From Bacteroidales bacterium UBA1628 (lineage in GTDB: Bacteria > Bacteroidota > Bacteroidia > Bacteroidales > UBA932): DNA of 64,000 bases. Positions 29,675 through 38,721 of this stretch are shown piece by piece. The stretch spans positions 267 to 64,266 of the forward strand of contig DCMG01000006.1 of NCBI GenBank assembly GCA_002321335.1, read 5' to 3'. The position numbers and the translations under genes were made by a program. The notes under the pieces are model-generated. The model was not told the origin of the DNA. It saw only the letters and a program-made list of their open reading frames with translations, and did no database searches. Each line of letters opens with the position of its first letter. The first letter of the stretch is position 1.

Positions 29675-30886
29675 TTACTTTGCTCTGGTGATGACGGCGC
29701 GGCTCAGAGCCGGGTCATCGTAGAACATGTTGTCAACTCCGCCTTTATAGTCAATCTCAAGCTGTGTGGCCGGCACTCCGAACTCCTTGGTGAGGCAGTC
29801 GTAGACAGCCTGGGCGCGGTCGCGGCTGAGCTTCTCGTTGAGCTTCTTGTTGCCGGTGCCAGCGTCGGCGTAGCCGCTGACGGTGAACTTGATGCCCTTG
29901 GCCTTGAGGATCTCGGCGAGAAGTCCGATGTTTACCCTTGCCTCCTTGGTGAGGGTGCTCTTGCCGATCGGGAAGGTCACGTAGTATGGAGCGGCGACGC
30001 TGCTGACTTCCTTCACGACCTCTGTCTTTGTCTCGGTGGTGCGGAGACCCTCGAGCTCTTTCTCAAGACGCTCGCGCTCTGCCTTCAGCTCGGCGAGGGC
30101 AATCTGGTAGGATGTCACGTCTGAAGTCTCCACGACCTTGATCACCTTGCTTCTGCTCCATCCGCGCGGCTTGAACTTGTAGGTGAGGCCGATGGTGGCA
30201 GAGAGGTTGCCCTCTCCCCAGCGGTGGCCGGTCTCGCCGTCGAACGCCTCGTTCACCATCATCGCGTGGACATTGACGTTGAGGTCAAGCGCGTCGCAGA
30301 GCCTGAACGCGTTGTTGAGCCCAAGGTTGGCGCTGATCTCGTTTGTCTTAGGCGCTTCTGAATATACATGCGCCCATCCCAGCCCGAGGAACGGGGTAGG
30401 GTTCCAGAGGTGTCCCTCCGGCTTGTAGCCGCAGAACGCGTTGGCGAGGTTGAACATCACGTCGGCGTGGATGTTCCAGAAGCTGAATTCCTGCTTGTTG
30501 AGCCAGTAGCCGTGACCGCCCTTTCCAGGCACCTCGGCGTCAAGCCCATGTGTGCCGTCCTGGGTGGCGCCCTTCTGTCCGATTCCGCTGTAGCCGAGTC
30601 TGGCTCCCACGGTTGGTGTGAACCATTTGCCGACATATATGTTGAGCGCCGGGGCGAGCCTGTCGCCGAACTTGCACTGCTTGTCATGCTCTCCGAAGTA
30701 GATCTGGGCACCGCCGTCCACTCCGATGAACCAGTTTGCCTTGAAAGGAGCCGTCTCCACGCTGTACTTGCCGGAGTTGTACTCCACCGTCACAGTCGTG
30801 TCAGTCTTCACCGTCGGCTGCTGCTGCGCCATCGCGGTCACTCCCGCAAGGGCGATCATGGTTGTCGTGATTAGAATTTTGTTCAT
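29675..30886 (-). CDS. OmpA-family outer membrane protein (Bacteroidales Pgm6/7-like)
   Basis: Signal peptide; NWFIG, GKWFTP beta-barrel, coiled linker, GYAD..TG....N..LSRDRA. Confidence 0.92.
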   Translation of the reverse strand: MNKILITTTMIALAGVTAMAQQQPTVKTDTTVTVEYNSGKYSVETAPFKANWFIGVDGGAQIYFGEHDKQCKFGDRLAPALNIYVGKWFTPTVGARLGYSGIGQKGATQDGTHGLDAEVPGKGGHGYWLNKQEFSFWNIHADVMFNLANAFCGYKPEGHLWNPTPFLGLGWAHVYSEAPKTNEISANLGLNNAFRLCDALDLNVNVHAMMVNEAFDGETGHRWGEGNLSATIGLTYKFKPRGWSRSKVIKVVETSDVTSYQIALAELKAERERLEKELEGLRTTETKTEVVKEVSSVAAPYYVTFPIGKSTLTKEARVNIGLLAEILKAKGIKFTVSGYADAGTGNKKLNEKLSRDRAQAVYDCLTKEFGVPATQLEIDYKGGVDNMFYDDPALSRAVITRAK

Positions 30887-30941
30887 ATTGTTTGGGATGT
30901 TTGTATTATATTTTGTTGTTTTACTTATGAAGATGTATGGC

Positions 30942-32921
30942 TTATTGATTAGCCGTCTTATTATCCGCGCGAAGCATCCTGTACTTGTAGTTGTGCTCGA
31001 TGATGGCCTGTGGGAGAAGGTCACCGTAGACGGTGTAGGATGATGCCTCACGTGCTCCCACCCAATCCATGAAGACGATGCCTGTAGGGCCGAAATTTGT
31101 CTCGTTTACCAATGCGTCGTATATTGGTTTATGAACTTGAGAAGCATTTTTCTGATAACATGATGTCGTTCCAGGGATAAAAAGAGTTGCTGACTCATCG
31201 TATCCTGATGTATGATTAAGTGCCCATGCCTTTTCTATGAAATACGGAGAGTTCTCATCGGAAAAAGTTCTGGTTGTCTCATAAAGGGCTTTAATCTGCC
31301 TGTTCTTTTCCGCTCCTTCATCTCCGTCGTATTGGTAGTAATCTTGGACATAATATGATGTACTTGCACCATTTACGTTTGTAAGTGTGGATGTGAAGGA
31401 GCTACCAGAAGGGTATGGCGAAGCCAACGCGGCTTTTGTTCTGTTACTATAGTCATCACGAGTGAAGATTATGAATTTTCCGCGACAGTTGCCAATAGTA
31501 AGATCTGGCCTCCATTGCACTATCTGTGAATCAAATTTGTGTAGTACATTGTATATTTCGTCCCATTTCTTAGTTCTTTTGTAAGCAGCAGGCAGTTCAC
31601 TTTCGTGTCTGAATTGCAAAATGACAAATTCTCCAGGATTATTCTTTAAAGCATTACTAAGAGTGGTCAACACTTTTTCCAAAGAAATGCCGCAATTGGT
31701 TATTCCGTGCCACATCCACATCTCACCATTTTGCCCACCAATGCTGTTTGCTCTAAAAGCTGTGCGCATATCGTAAGCTCTGATACCTAATTCAAATTGC
31801 TGTTCAATATCTAAGGTCTGCGTTTGACCTGCGTCAAACAATGACGTAGAGTATGCCGCCGCATCGTGCGTCCCCGGAATTGACAATTGCTGCACATAAA
31901 TCATATCATCAAGCGGGGTGATCCAGTTGTTTCCCGATTTGGTCTCAGGCATGGCCGGCAACGTGATCCTCGCCTTTGCGCTCGGGATGATGTTAGTCTG
32001 CTTGCCGTTCGCGTCAGTCCTGCCACCGATGATGGCGTTCAACTCACCGGTCGCATGAACCTGAATTGTGATCTGATTGTCATTGTCAATGGCAACCGGA
32101 GGAAGAAAAACCGTCAATGTTATTGACTGGCCTCCTTGAAGGTCCACCCAAGTGTCGTTCCCGTTCTTTATTCCTACGTGGTATGTCTCCACAGTCGCGC
32201 TTTCAGCACTTTCTGACATTGATTTCTTCACTATGTCATACTTGAATTTTCCTTCGTGGACTCCAGGGTAGGTGGCCTTCTTGTTTATGACACTTATTCC
32301 TGAGAAGGTTACTGTTCTCCCATTGGCTGAAGCCCCTTGCACGGTAACCTCCAACGTTGTCATGATTGGCTTGAAAGACAATGGGACTTGATCGATCGGT
32401 GTCGTTGAGAGATTCGCTACCATATAGGCCTCATTCATGTCAGGTTTTGTGGAATAGTGGTTGTTGACCGCACCATTTCCCTGAACTGTGCAGAACTGGT
32501 TATGATTGACCGTGAATGATGCGATTCCGGTTTTGGCGTCAACGCTTACCTTGCTGTCATCCGCCGGATAGACCGCATAGAAGTTGTGCATATCTTCGTT
32601 ACCGCCCCATGCGAGCCCGTCTGCATTGTAGTCAAGCTTGCCGGTGTTCTTTGAAATCTGACCCACGGTGTAGTCCGCCTGCTTGACATCCTCGGCCTCG
32701 TCGCAGAAGATGCGCACCTTGTCGCCTTCCACCCAGTTGATCTGAAGATTGTCATCCGGATCATATGCCGTCTTGGTGTTAGCCTCCGAAATTGAGAACG
32801 AAACCTTTTTCCCCGAATGCTGTCCCTTGTCAGGGTCAAGCTCGTTCTCGTTGCAGGATACAAATGCCCCGGCCATCAGTATGGTGGCCAAAGACGCTAT
32901 CTTGAATATTCCGTTTTTCAT
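30942..32921 (-). CDS. Lipoprotein: fimbrillin-like domain fused to PI-PLC X domain
   Basis: Lipobox FVSC, TKT, W..GD.V.IF, FYAVYP; NWITPLDD..LSIPGTHD, GIRAYDMR, QDYY and GIVFMDW. Confidence 0.8.
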   Translation of the reverse strand: MKNGIFKIASLATILMAGAFVSCNENELDPDKGQHSGKKVSFSISEANTKTAYDPDDNLQINWVEGDKVRIFCDEAEDVKQADYTVGQISKNTGKLDYNADGLAWGGNEDMHNFYAVYPADDSKVSVDAKTGIASFTVNHNQFCTVQGNGAVNNHYSTKPDMNEAYMVANLSTTPIDQVPLSFKPIMTTLEVTVQGASANGRTVTFSGISVINKKATYPGVHEGKFKYDIVKKSMSESAESATVETYHVGIKNGNDTWVDLQGGQSITLTVFLPPVAIDNDNQITIQVHATGELNAIIGGRTDANGKQTNIIPSAKARITLPAMPETKSGNNWITPLDDMIYVQQLSIPGTHDAAAYSTSLFDAGQTQTLDIEQQFELGIRAYDMRTAFRANSIGGQNGEMWMWHGITNCGISLEKVLTTLSNALKNNPGEFVILQFRHESELPAAYKRTKKWDEIYNVLHKFDSQIVQWRPDLTIGNCRGKFIIFTRDDYSNRTKAALASPYPSGSSFTSTLTNVNGASTSYYVQDYYQYDGDEGAEKNRQIKALYETTRTFSDENSPYFIEKAWALNHTSGYDESATLFIPGTTSCYQKNASQVHKPIYDALVNETNFGPTGIVFMDWVGAREASSYTVYGDLLPQAIIEHNYKYRMLRADNKTANQ

Positions 32922-32982
32922 TGTGAAGATTCTTTTTTTGTTTTACTCAAATACGTCATTTTGAAATACGTCCCGTCGTCCG

Positions 32983-33162
32983 TCAGTCCCACTGGTCAAT
33001 CGTGAACTCATCTCCGCCTTCCTGACGGTCAATCGTTGTCGTGGTGTTGTTGTTGTCAACCACCACCTTCTCCTTCGATCCCGCGCAGATCCCGCACTCC
33101 GGGGTCACGCTGACGAGGTTAGTCTCTGGGGTAACATAACCCCGATTAAGTTTTATGTACAT
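32983..33162 (-). CDS. 59-aa peptide with YxxP leader; candidate RRE-dependent precursor
   Basis: MYIKLNRGYVTPETNLVSVTPECGICAGSKEKVVVDNNNTTTTIDRQEGGDEFTIDQWD; same architecture as 29322-29498. Confidence 0.7.
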   Translation of the reverse strand: MYIKLNRGYVTPETNLVSVTPECGICAGSKEKVVVDNNNTTTTIDRQEGGDEFTIDQWD

Positions 33163-33212
33163 AGTCTCAAAACAGTTATATTCACACAAATTTCCCTGCC
33201 CCCTTCCGAGAG

Positions 33213-33248
33213 CATTTTTGCAAAAGTAGCCCTTTAACAAAAAATATG
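33213..33248 (-). promoter_or_regulatory. Imperfect palindrome overlapping a -7 promoter (TACTTTTG); 20 bp identical, in inverted orientation, to 61050-61069
   Basis: AAAGTAGCCCTTTAACAAAA at 33223-33242. Confidence 0.65.
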
Positions 33249-33293
33249 CAAGAAAAATTTGAGGAATTTTTTGATATTCAGCGATTAAAACGT

Positions 33294-35645
33294 TTATCCG
33301 CGTCTGCTTTTTCTGTTTTTCTTCCCTTTCTCATATCCGTAGCCGTAACCGTAGCCATATCCATACCCGTAGCCATAGCCATACCCGTAGCCGTGATGGT
33401 GAAAATCGGCTCCGTTGAGAATCAGAGACATATTCGTCAGCTTATGCTCCTGATACATTGTCTCGATGTCAGGGATCTGGCGGCGGTCAAGACGGCCGGC
33501 CCTTACCACGAACATCGTCAGGTCAGCGACCCTGTTGGCGATTGTGGCGTCAGCGACGAGTCCGACTGGAACAGAATCCGTGATTATCACATCGTAACGC
33601 CTCCGAAGCTCAGCAAACATCTCATCTAACCTTTCGTCCATAAGAAGCTCGGCAGGATTAGGCGCTATCGAGCCTGACGGAATCAAGTCAAGGCCTTCAG
33701 CACCGGTGTCGTGTGTGATGATGTCATCAAGTTTCAGTTCAGTGTCAGCCAGATAATTGGTGACACCGTGGGAGTGATGGTGCGTGTGTTTGCCAAAGCT
33801 TTCCGTCAAGGTTCCCTTGCGGATGTCAAGGTCAACCAACACCACTTTTTTCTTAGCCGAGAGAAAACTGTTCGCCAGATTTTTGGAGACGAACGTCTTT
33901 CCGTCTCCTGAACTGAACGAGGTGCACATTATCACCTGAATCTTCCTGTCTTTTCTGGAGAGGAAAGACATGTTGGTCCGCACTATCTTGAACGCCTCGG
34001 AAGTCAGGCTTTCGTTGTCCTTGTCCTGCTCAGGGATGACTCCGAGGAAAGGTGCGGAGACCTTGCCCTGAATGTCCTTCTTCGTGCGGATCTTGGTATC
34101 CAGAAACATTTTCATCAAGAAAACAACTCCCGGGAAAGCAAGTCCGAGCAGCAGTCCGAGCAGCAGAATCTTGTTCCTGTTCGGGGATATCGGGGCGTTA
34201 GGCCCGGAAGCTCCGTCGATCACTCTTGCGTTGTTGTCCACCATAGCCTGCGACAGCGCGTTCTCCTCACGTTTGTTCAGGAGGAAGAGGTACAGTGACT
34301 CCTTGATCTTCTGCTGGCGCTCGATGGAAAGCATCTGGCGTTCCTTTGTCGGGATCGAGGAGACTCTGGACTGAGCCTGAGACTCCCTGGACTGAGCGTC
34401 GTTGCGTCGTACGTTGATGCTGACGATCATGTTGTCCACCGCCCTGATGATTGACTGCTTCATCGCGCGCAGGGAGGTGTTCAGCTCCTCCACAACCGGA
34501 TTCTTCTCGCTGCTGTCCTCTATGAGCTTGTCACGGCGGAGCTTGATGGTGTTATACTGGCCTATCTGGCTTTCGATGTTCATGTCGCTGATGCCGGTGT
34601 TGGACGGAATCAGGTCAATCTCCTTTGTCGGGTCCGTGAGATAGTCCTTGATGTAGTTGGCCAGGCGGAGCTGCGTCTCCAATTCCATCACATCCGTGTT
34701 GTACTTCTGAGACTCACCGACATACATTCCTGCCGTCGTGCCGATGTCTACAATCCGGTTCTCGCGCTTGAAGGACTCAAGGTGGGATTCCACGCCTCCG
34801 AGCTCACCTTCTATGATGATGAGCCGCTCGTTGATGAACTCGGCGGTGTTGATCGCCACCTGGTTCTTGTCGTTGATAGCCTCCTCGTTATAGACCGAAA
34901 TCAACATATTCAGAACATCTTCCGCCCTTGCCGCGGAGCGATCCTTCAAGGAGAGGGTGAGGATAGACGCCTCATCCTCTTCTTGTCTTATGCCCAGGCC
35001 GGAGGTGAAGTAGCCCACAACAGAGGACATAGGATTCTTTGTCACATGAATATGCTCGCCCATCCATGACGAGGTGTAATAGTTGGTCGGGGCGATGAGA
35101 ATCTTGGTTCCCTCAATGTCCACCGTGTCCTTCATCTGCACCGTCCATTTCCTGTCTCCCTCCAAATCACCCAAATCAGAGACAATGACCTTGCCGCTGT
35201 CGACAGGTGTGATGACCATCGTGAAGCGCATTTCAGGTGTGGTGTCAAGAAAGCGTACAGAGACCGGTGACTTCTTGTAGAGTTCCGTCATCTGAAGACC
35301 TTCCTTGACCTTGTAGTCAATGTCTGCCGAAACACGGCTGACCACCTCCCGCATCAGCTTCTTCGAGCGGAACTGAAGGATCTCGTTCGCCACATTGACC
35401 TTGTTGATGTAGTTGTCGTAGCGGTCGAGTCCCGCGGATGAGATCTTGTTGGACGGATCCTTGATGATGACCGTCGCCGAGCGGAAATATGTCTTAGGCG
35501 TCCTTGCGTACTGAAACCAGGCCAGCCCTCCGAACACCAAGACGGAAATGACGAACCATTTCCATTTGGAAAGCAGGTAAACCAGAATGTCTATTATGTT
35601 TACGTCCTGATCGTTTCTTCCGGAAGTGTTGTTGTTAGTCTGCAT
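33294..35645 (-). CDS. wzc: Wzc-type polysaccharide co-polymerase / BY-kinase
   Basis: Two TM segments, EAFKIVRTN, SGDGKTF, DLDIRK, PNPAELL and a C-terminal (GY)n tyrosine cluster. Confidence 0.93.
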   Translation of the reverse strand: MQTNNNTSGRNDQDVNIIDILVYLLSKWKWFVISVLVFGGLAWFQYARTPKTYFRSATVIIKDPSNKISSAGLDRYDNYINKVNVANEILQFRSKKLMREVVSRVSADIDYKVKEGLQMTELYKKSPVSVRFLDTTPEMRFTMVITPVDSGKVIVSDLGDLEGDRKWTVQMKDTVDIEGTKILIAPTNYYTSSWMGEHIHVTKNPMSSVVGYFTSGLGIRQEEDEASILTLSLKDRSAARAEDVLNMLISVYNEEAINDKNQVAINTAEFINERLIIIEGELGGVESHLESFKRENRIVDIGTTAGMYVGESQKYNTDVMELETQLRLANYIKDYLTDPTKEIDLIPSNTGISDMNIESQIGQYNTIKLRRDKLIEDSSEKNPVVEELNTSLRAMKQSIIRAVDNMIVSINVRRNDAQSRESQAQSRVSSIPTKERQMLSIERQQKIKESLYLFLLNKREENALSQAMVDNNARVIDGASGPNAPISPNRNKILLLGLLLGLAFPGVVFLMKMFLDTKIRTKKDIQGKVSAPFLGVIPEQDKDNESLTSEAFKIVRTNMSFLSRKDRKIQVIMCTSFSSGDGKTFVSKNLANSFLSAKKKVVLVDLDIRKGTLTESFGKHTHHHSHGVTNYLADTELKLDDIITHDTGAEGLDLIPSGSIAPNPAELLMDERLDEMFAELRRRYDVIITDSVPVGLVADATIANRVADLTMFVVRAGRLDRRQIPDIETMYQEHKLTNMSLILNGADFHHHGYGYGYGYGYGYGYGYGYGYEKGKKNRKSRRG

Positions 35646-35673
35646 ATGGCTTGATTGGATTTATCAGGTTTCG

Positions 35674-36477
35674 CTATTTGCCGCTGTTTATGATTGACGA
35701 GGTCGCCCAGATCACCGAGCTTATCGAAGTGACCGCGGACAGCAGGAGCGTTCCGATCTGGATGCCTCTGTCCTCCCTGTCCTTCTTGCCGTACTTAGGC
35801 TGCACGTAGATTATGTCGTTCTGCTGCAGGAAGAAGCAAGGCGACTGGAGGATGTCGCTGTTGCGGATGTCGTGGAAGAAAATCTGCTTGTCACCGTCAA
35901 CCTCGCGGATGACGGCCACTCTGTCGAGTCTGGCCCTGTTGGTCAGGTCGCCGGCGTTGGCGATGGCCTCAAGCAGCGTTATGCGCCCGTTCTCCACAGT
36001 GAAGGTGCCGTTCTGAGCCACAGCGCCCCAGACAGTGTACTTGAAGTTCAGGAACTCCATGTTCACCAGAGGGGATTTGATATAGTTGCCCTCGATGATC
36101 TGGTTCTTGATTCTTTCGGAAGCCTGACTGAGCGTAAGTCCCTCAAGATGAATCGATCCGAGAATAGGGAACTCGATGTTGCCCTTTGCGTCAACCTTGT
36201 AGCCTTTCTCGTCCGGCACAGAGGACGACGAGGCGGTTCCGTCCGAGGAGACTCTGAACGATCCGCTCTGGATGTTGAAAGGAATGGCGAGCTCCGGCTG
36301 CTTGCAGCTCACGGAGATGCTCAGCCTGTCGTTGGCCTGGATCACCGCCTCGTGGGCGGCGTCGAAAGGATAGTCTTTCCCCGGTGTCATGTCATTGAGA
36401 TAGACGTACTTCTTCGCAGAGCCACATGACACAAGGGTCAAAGCGAAGAGAAGCAGAAACAAAAATCTGTTTTTCAT
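35674..36477 (-). CDS. wza: Wza-type polysaccharide export lipoprotein
   Basis: Lipobox LVSC; D.L.I.V, GY.VD..GNIEFP.LG, TLLEAIA.AGD and LQQNDIIYV. Confidence 0.9.
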   Translation of the reverse strand: MKNRFLFLLLFALTLVSCGSAKKYVYLNDMTPGKDYPFDAAHEAVIQANDRLSISVSCKQPELAIPFNIQSGSFRVSSDGTASSSSVPDEKGYKVDAKGNIEFPILGSIHLEGLTLSQASERIKNQIIEGNYIKSPLVNMEFLNFKYTVWGAVAQNGTFTVENGRITLLEAIANAGDLTNRARLDRVAVIREVDGDKQIFFHDIRNSDILQSPCFFLQQNDIIYVQPKYGKKDREDRGIQIGTLLLSAVTSISSVIWATSSIINSGK

Positions 36478-37466
36478 TTTATAAGTGATATTAAATTATT
36501 ATAGCATATTATGGCTGATTCATTGTCGGGAAGGCATCTAAGTTCCCCGACAGGAACCAGTTCGATGATTCTTGTCAACGTGTCGCAAAGGCGCGACTGC
36601 AAGCCAGAGTCACTGTGGACGACAGAGCAGCTTGGAAGAAGCGCGACAAATGCCGCCACCTCATCTTTTTCCGTGAATATGTCAGCGTCGCCCTGTACGA
36701 GTCTCACGATTCCTCCGACAGGGTAGGATTCGTTGCGGTAGCAAGGTGTCTTGCCGCTCCACGGCGTGCCGAACGCTACCGGCTTCCCGTCAATCAGACG
36801 TACCACCGGATTGTCGTCGTTGAGCAGCCTCGATCCGGGAATATTCCTGAGCCACATTCTTGAATGGGTGCTCTTGCCGGTGCCGCTCTTGCCGAGAAAC
36901 AGGAACGCTTTTCCGTCCTTGGCGACCGTCGAGGCGTGGATGGAGATCCCGTCCCACAGAATGACCGCTTGAGCGAACGCGATCCGGAGCATCGATGTCA
37001 GGATCGGGCCGCAGTCAGGAGAGTCCACGTCGATTGAGGCAGTAATCAGGGAAAAGTCCGGATTGGCTATGAATATCCCGGTGTCATGATACCCGAGTTC
37101 CAGATAGTAGCTTCCGTCCCATGTCTTGCTGAGCCTGGTGTGCCCCATGTCGTTCTCATCCTCCTCGACCCTCTCGGCATTCTTGGGAATGTCAATCGGT
37201 TTTGATTGAAGAGTGAACCTGAACAACAGTTCGGAATCCAAACACATCTCATCAGACACATGAGCCTGCCTATGCGTCAGTCCCTTAGGCATGCTCAGAG
37301 AACTGCCTTTTCCTGTCACTGATCCTGTCGAAGCGACCGAAGCGACGTCAGATACGCGAAATGGTGCGAAAGAGGGCAGCAGTCTCTCAATGTCAAAGCT
37401 TTCCGGAGCGGCAACAACAAACGTCTGTTCCGCCACCTTGTATGAATATGTCCGTGTTCCGCTCAT
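36474..37466 (-). CDS. HPr-kinase/PEPCK-like P-loop protein (related to lasso peptide kinases)
   Basis: IHAS.V, GKSGTGKSTH, LLNDD.P and GTPWSGK. Confidence 0.8.
   Translation of the reverse strand: MSGTRTYSYKVAEQTFVVAAPESFDIERLLPSFAPFRVSDVASVASTGSVTGKGSSLSMPKGLTHRQAHVSDEMCLDSELLFRFTLQSKPIDIPKNAERVEEDENDMGHTRLSKTWDGSYYLELGYHDTGIFIANPDFSLITASIDVDSPDCGPILTSMLRIAFAQAVILWDGISIHASTVAKDGKAFLFLGKSGTGKSTHSRMWLRNIPGSRLLNDDNPVVRLIDGKPVAFGTPWSGKTPCYRNESYPVGGIVRLVQGDADIFTEKDEVAAFVALLPSCSVVHSDSGLQSRLCDTLTRIIELVPVGELRCLPDNESAIICYNNLISLIK
37261..37337. repeat. Degenerate REP doublet plus REP copy inside the kinase gene
   Basis: Hairpin TGAGCCTGCCTATG...CTTAGGCATGCTCA (37261-37297) and GTCACTGATCCTGTCGAAGCGAC (37315-37337). 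Confidence 0.6.
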
Positions 37467-37521
37467 TCTTTATATATGTCTTTATTTTCAAGTATTTAGG
37501 CTCTATAGGACTCTCATAACC

Positions 37522-38721
37522 CTACTTCCTGAATTGCCCCTTAACCAGTTCCCAAAATGTCCAGAACGCCTCCTTGGGCGCGAACCTCATCGAGAATCCC
37601 GCCCTCCTTAGGAACATCCCGGCAGTCTTCAGTTTCCGTTTCCGGTCACTGAGCCTTCCGGTCGCTGAGCTTGTCGAAGTGCCGGAGTGCCCGGAATCCT
37701 CACCTCTATACTGCCCGAAATTCCCTCCTTCCTCCACAATCCGAAGAAGCGGTTCAGGGGAGACATCCCTTTCTGAATAAGGAAGTTCCTCCTTGCGGAG
37801 CCCTATGATATCCACAAGAAATGAATGAAGCAGACTGCTCCATTTCAGGATTCTGCCTCTGCGATAAAGCCGGAATATTCGTTCGCCATATTCATCGCAT
37901 CCGGCCGCGCCGCTGATTTGGTGGTACACCATCGCCAGATCGCACATCTGCCGCAATCCGATCCCTTTGCCAAGCGTGTGTTTGAGAATATGCGAGTTCA
38001 GCAGCAGGGCGTTCAGTTCCGGCGAAGGGACCAGAAGACCATCCGCCAGCGTTGAAGGAATGAACCCGGGATCATCATCAAGTTCCCCGAGCCATTTTCT
38101 CGTCCTCGGCGAGCAGAGATCCACGATTGTCGGATGCTGCTCTATCTCAATGCCTTCCCATTCATAATTCTGGCTTCCGTCCGGCATTGTCTCCACTTTC
38201 GCGCCACGGTTCCTGACCAGTTCCGCAGCCTTGCCGTTTTCCGTCATTTCAGATGCTTCGGCTGACTCTGCACTCGGCCGCTGAGCTACATTATCCGGTC
38301 GCTGAGCCTGTCGAAGCGACAGACCTTCCGGAAAATAAAGATCAATGTCCCCACACTCCCGGTGCAGCGGCTCAGGGTACAGTGCGGCGACTCCCTGACC
38401 TTTCTGAAGCACAGGATTCAGCCCATTGTCAGCAAACAACTTGACCAAGGACTTCAACACGTCGTTCATCCTCTCGTTGCTCCTCTCGATCCTGTCCACG
38501 GCCACAACCCACGGAGCGAAAATCGCCGGAGAAGGCTGAAGATCTTCCGGAAGCCGGCATATTCCATCAAACACAATCCCGGTGACAGTCTGTCTCCCCG
38601 ACAGCCTGAAAACCATATTCCACTGCTCGTCAGAAAGCCTTTGAAAGCCCTCCGCCACCGGATCTCTTCCCCAAAGGCCAGACCTGAGCAGACCTATGAA
38701 AGCATTCCGTACTCCTTCCAT
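37522..38721 (-). CDS. Nucleotidyltransferase family protein (NTP_transf_5-like)
   Basis: LQKGQG.A..YP.P..R.CGDIDLY, IEQH, H..KH, GIGLRQMCD and GNFG. Confidence 0.85.
   Translation of the reverse strand: MEGVRNAFIGLLRSGLWGRDPVAEGFQRLSDEQWNMVFRLSGRQTVTGIVFDGICRLPEDLQPSPAIFAPWVVAVDRIERSNERMNDVLKSLVKLFADNGLNPVLQKGQGVAALYPEPLHRECGDIDLYFPEGLSLRQAQRPDNVAQRPSAESAEASEMTENGKAAELVRNRGAKVETMPDGSQNYEWEGIEIEQHPTIVDLCSPRTRKWLGELDDDPGFIPSTLADGLLVPSPELNALLLNSHILKHTLGKGIGLRQMCDLAMVYHQISGAAGCDEYGERIFRLYRRGRILKWSSLLHSFLVDIIGLRKEELPYSERDVSPEPLLRIVEEGGNFGQYRGEDSGHSGTSTSSATGRLSDRKRKLKTAGMFLRRAGFSMRFAPKEAFWTFWELVKGQFRK
37642..37685 (+). repeat. REP copies inside the nucleotidyltransferase gene (3' part)
   Basis: CCGGTCACTGAGCC followed by CCGGTCGCTGAGCTTGTCGAAGTGCCGG. 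Confidence 0.75.
38276..38320 (+). repeat. REP copies inside the nucleotidyltransferase gene (just after the DID motif)
   Basis: GGCCGCTGAGCT followed by CCGGTCGCTGAGCCTGTCGAAGCGAC. Confidence 0.75.

Noticed and set aside
30887..31051. Long N-terminal overlaps given by the ORF track (OmpA, rpmH, PI-PLC, CotH, PqqD)
   Set aside because: Downstream ATGs give proper signal peptides or family N-termini; overlaps are artefacts of longest-ORF calling
6418..32921. Diversity-generating retroelement targeting the RCV-ending or pilin genes
   Set aside because: No reverse transcriptase and no template/variable repeat pair noticed
33336..33395. 6-bp tandem repeat as a contingency locus
   Set aside because: Encodes the normal Wzc (GY)n cluster with varied codons
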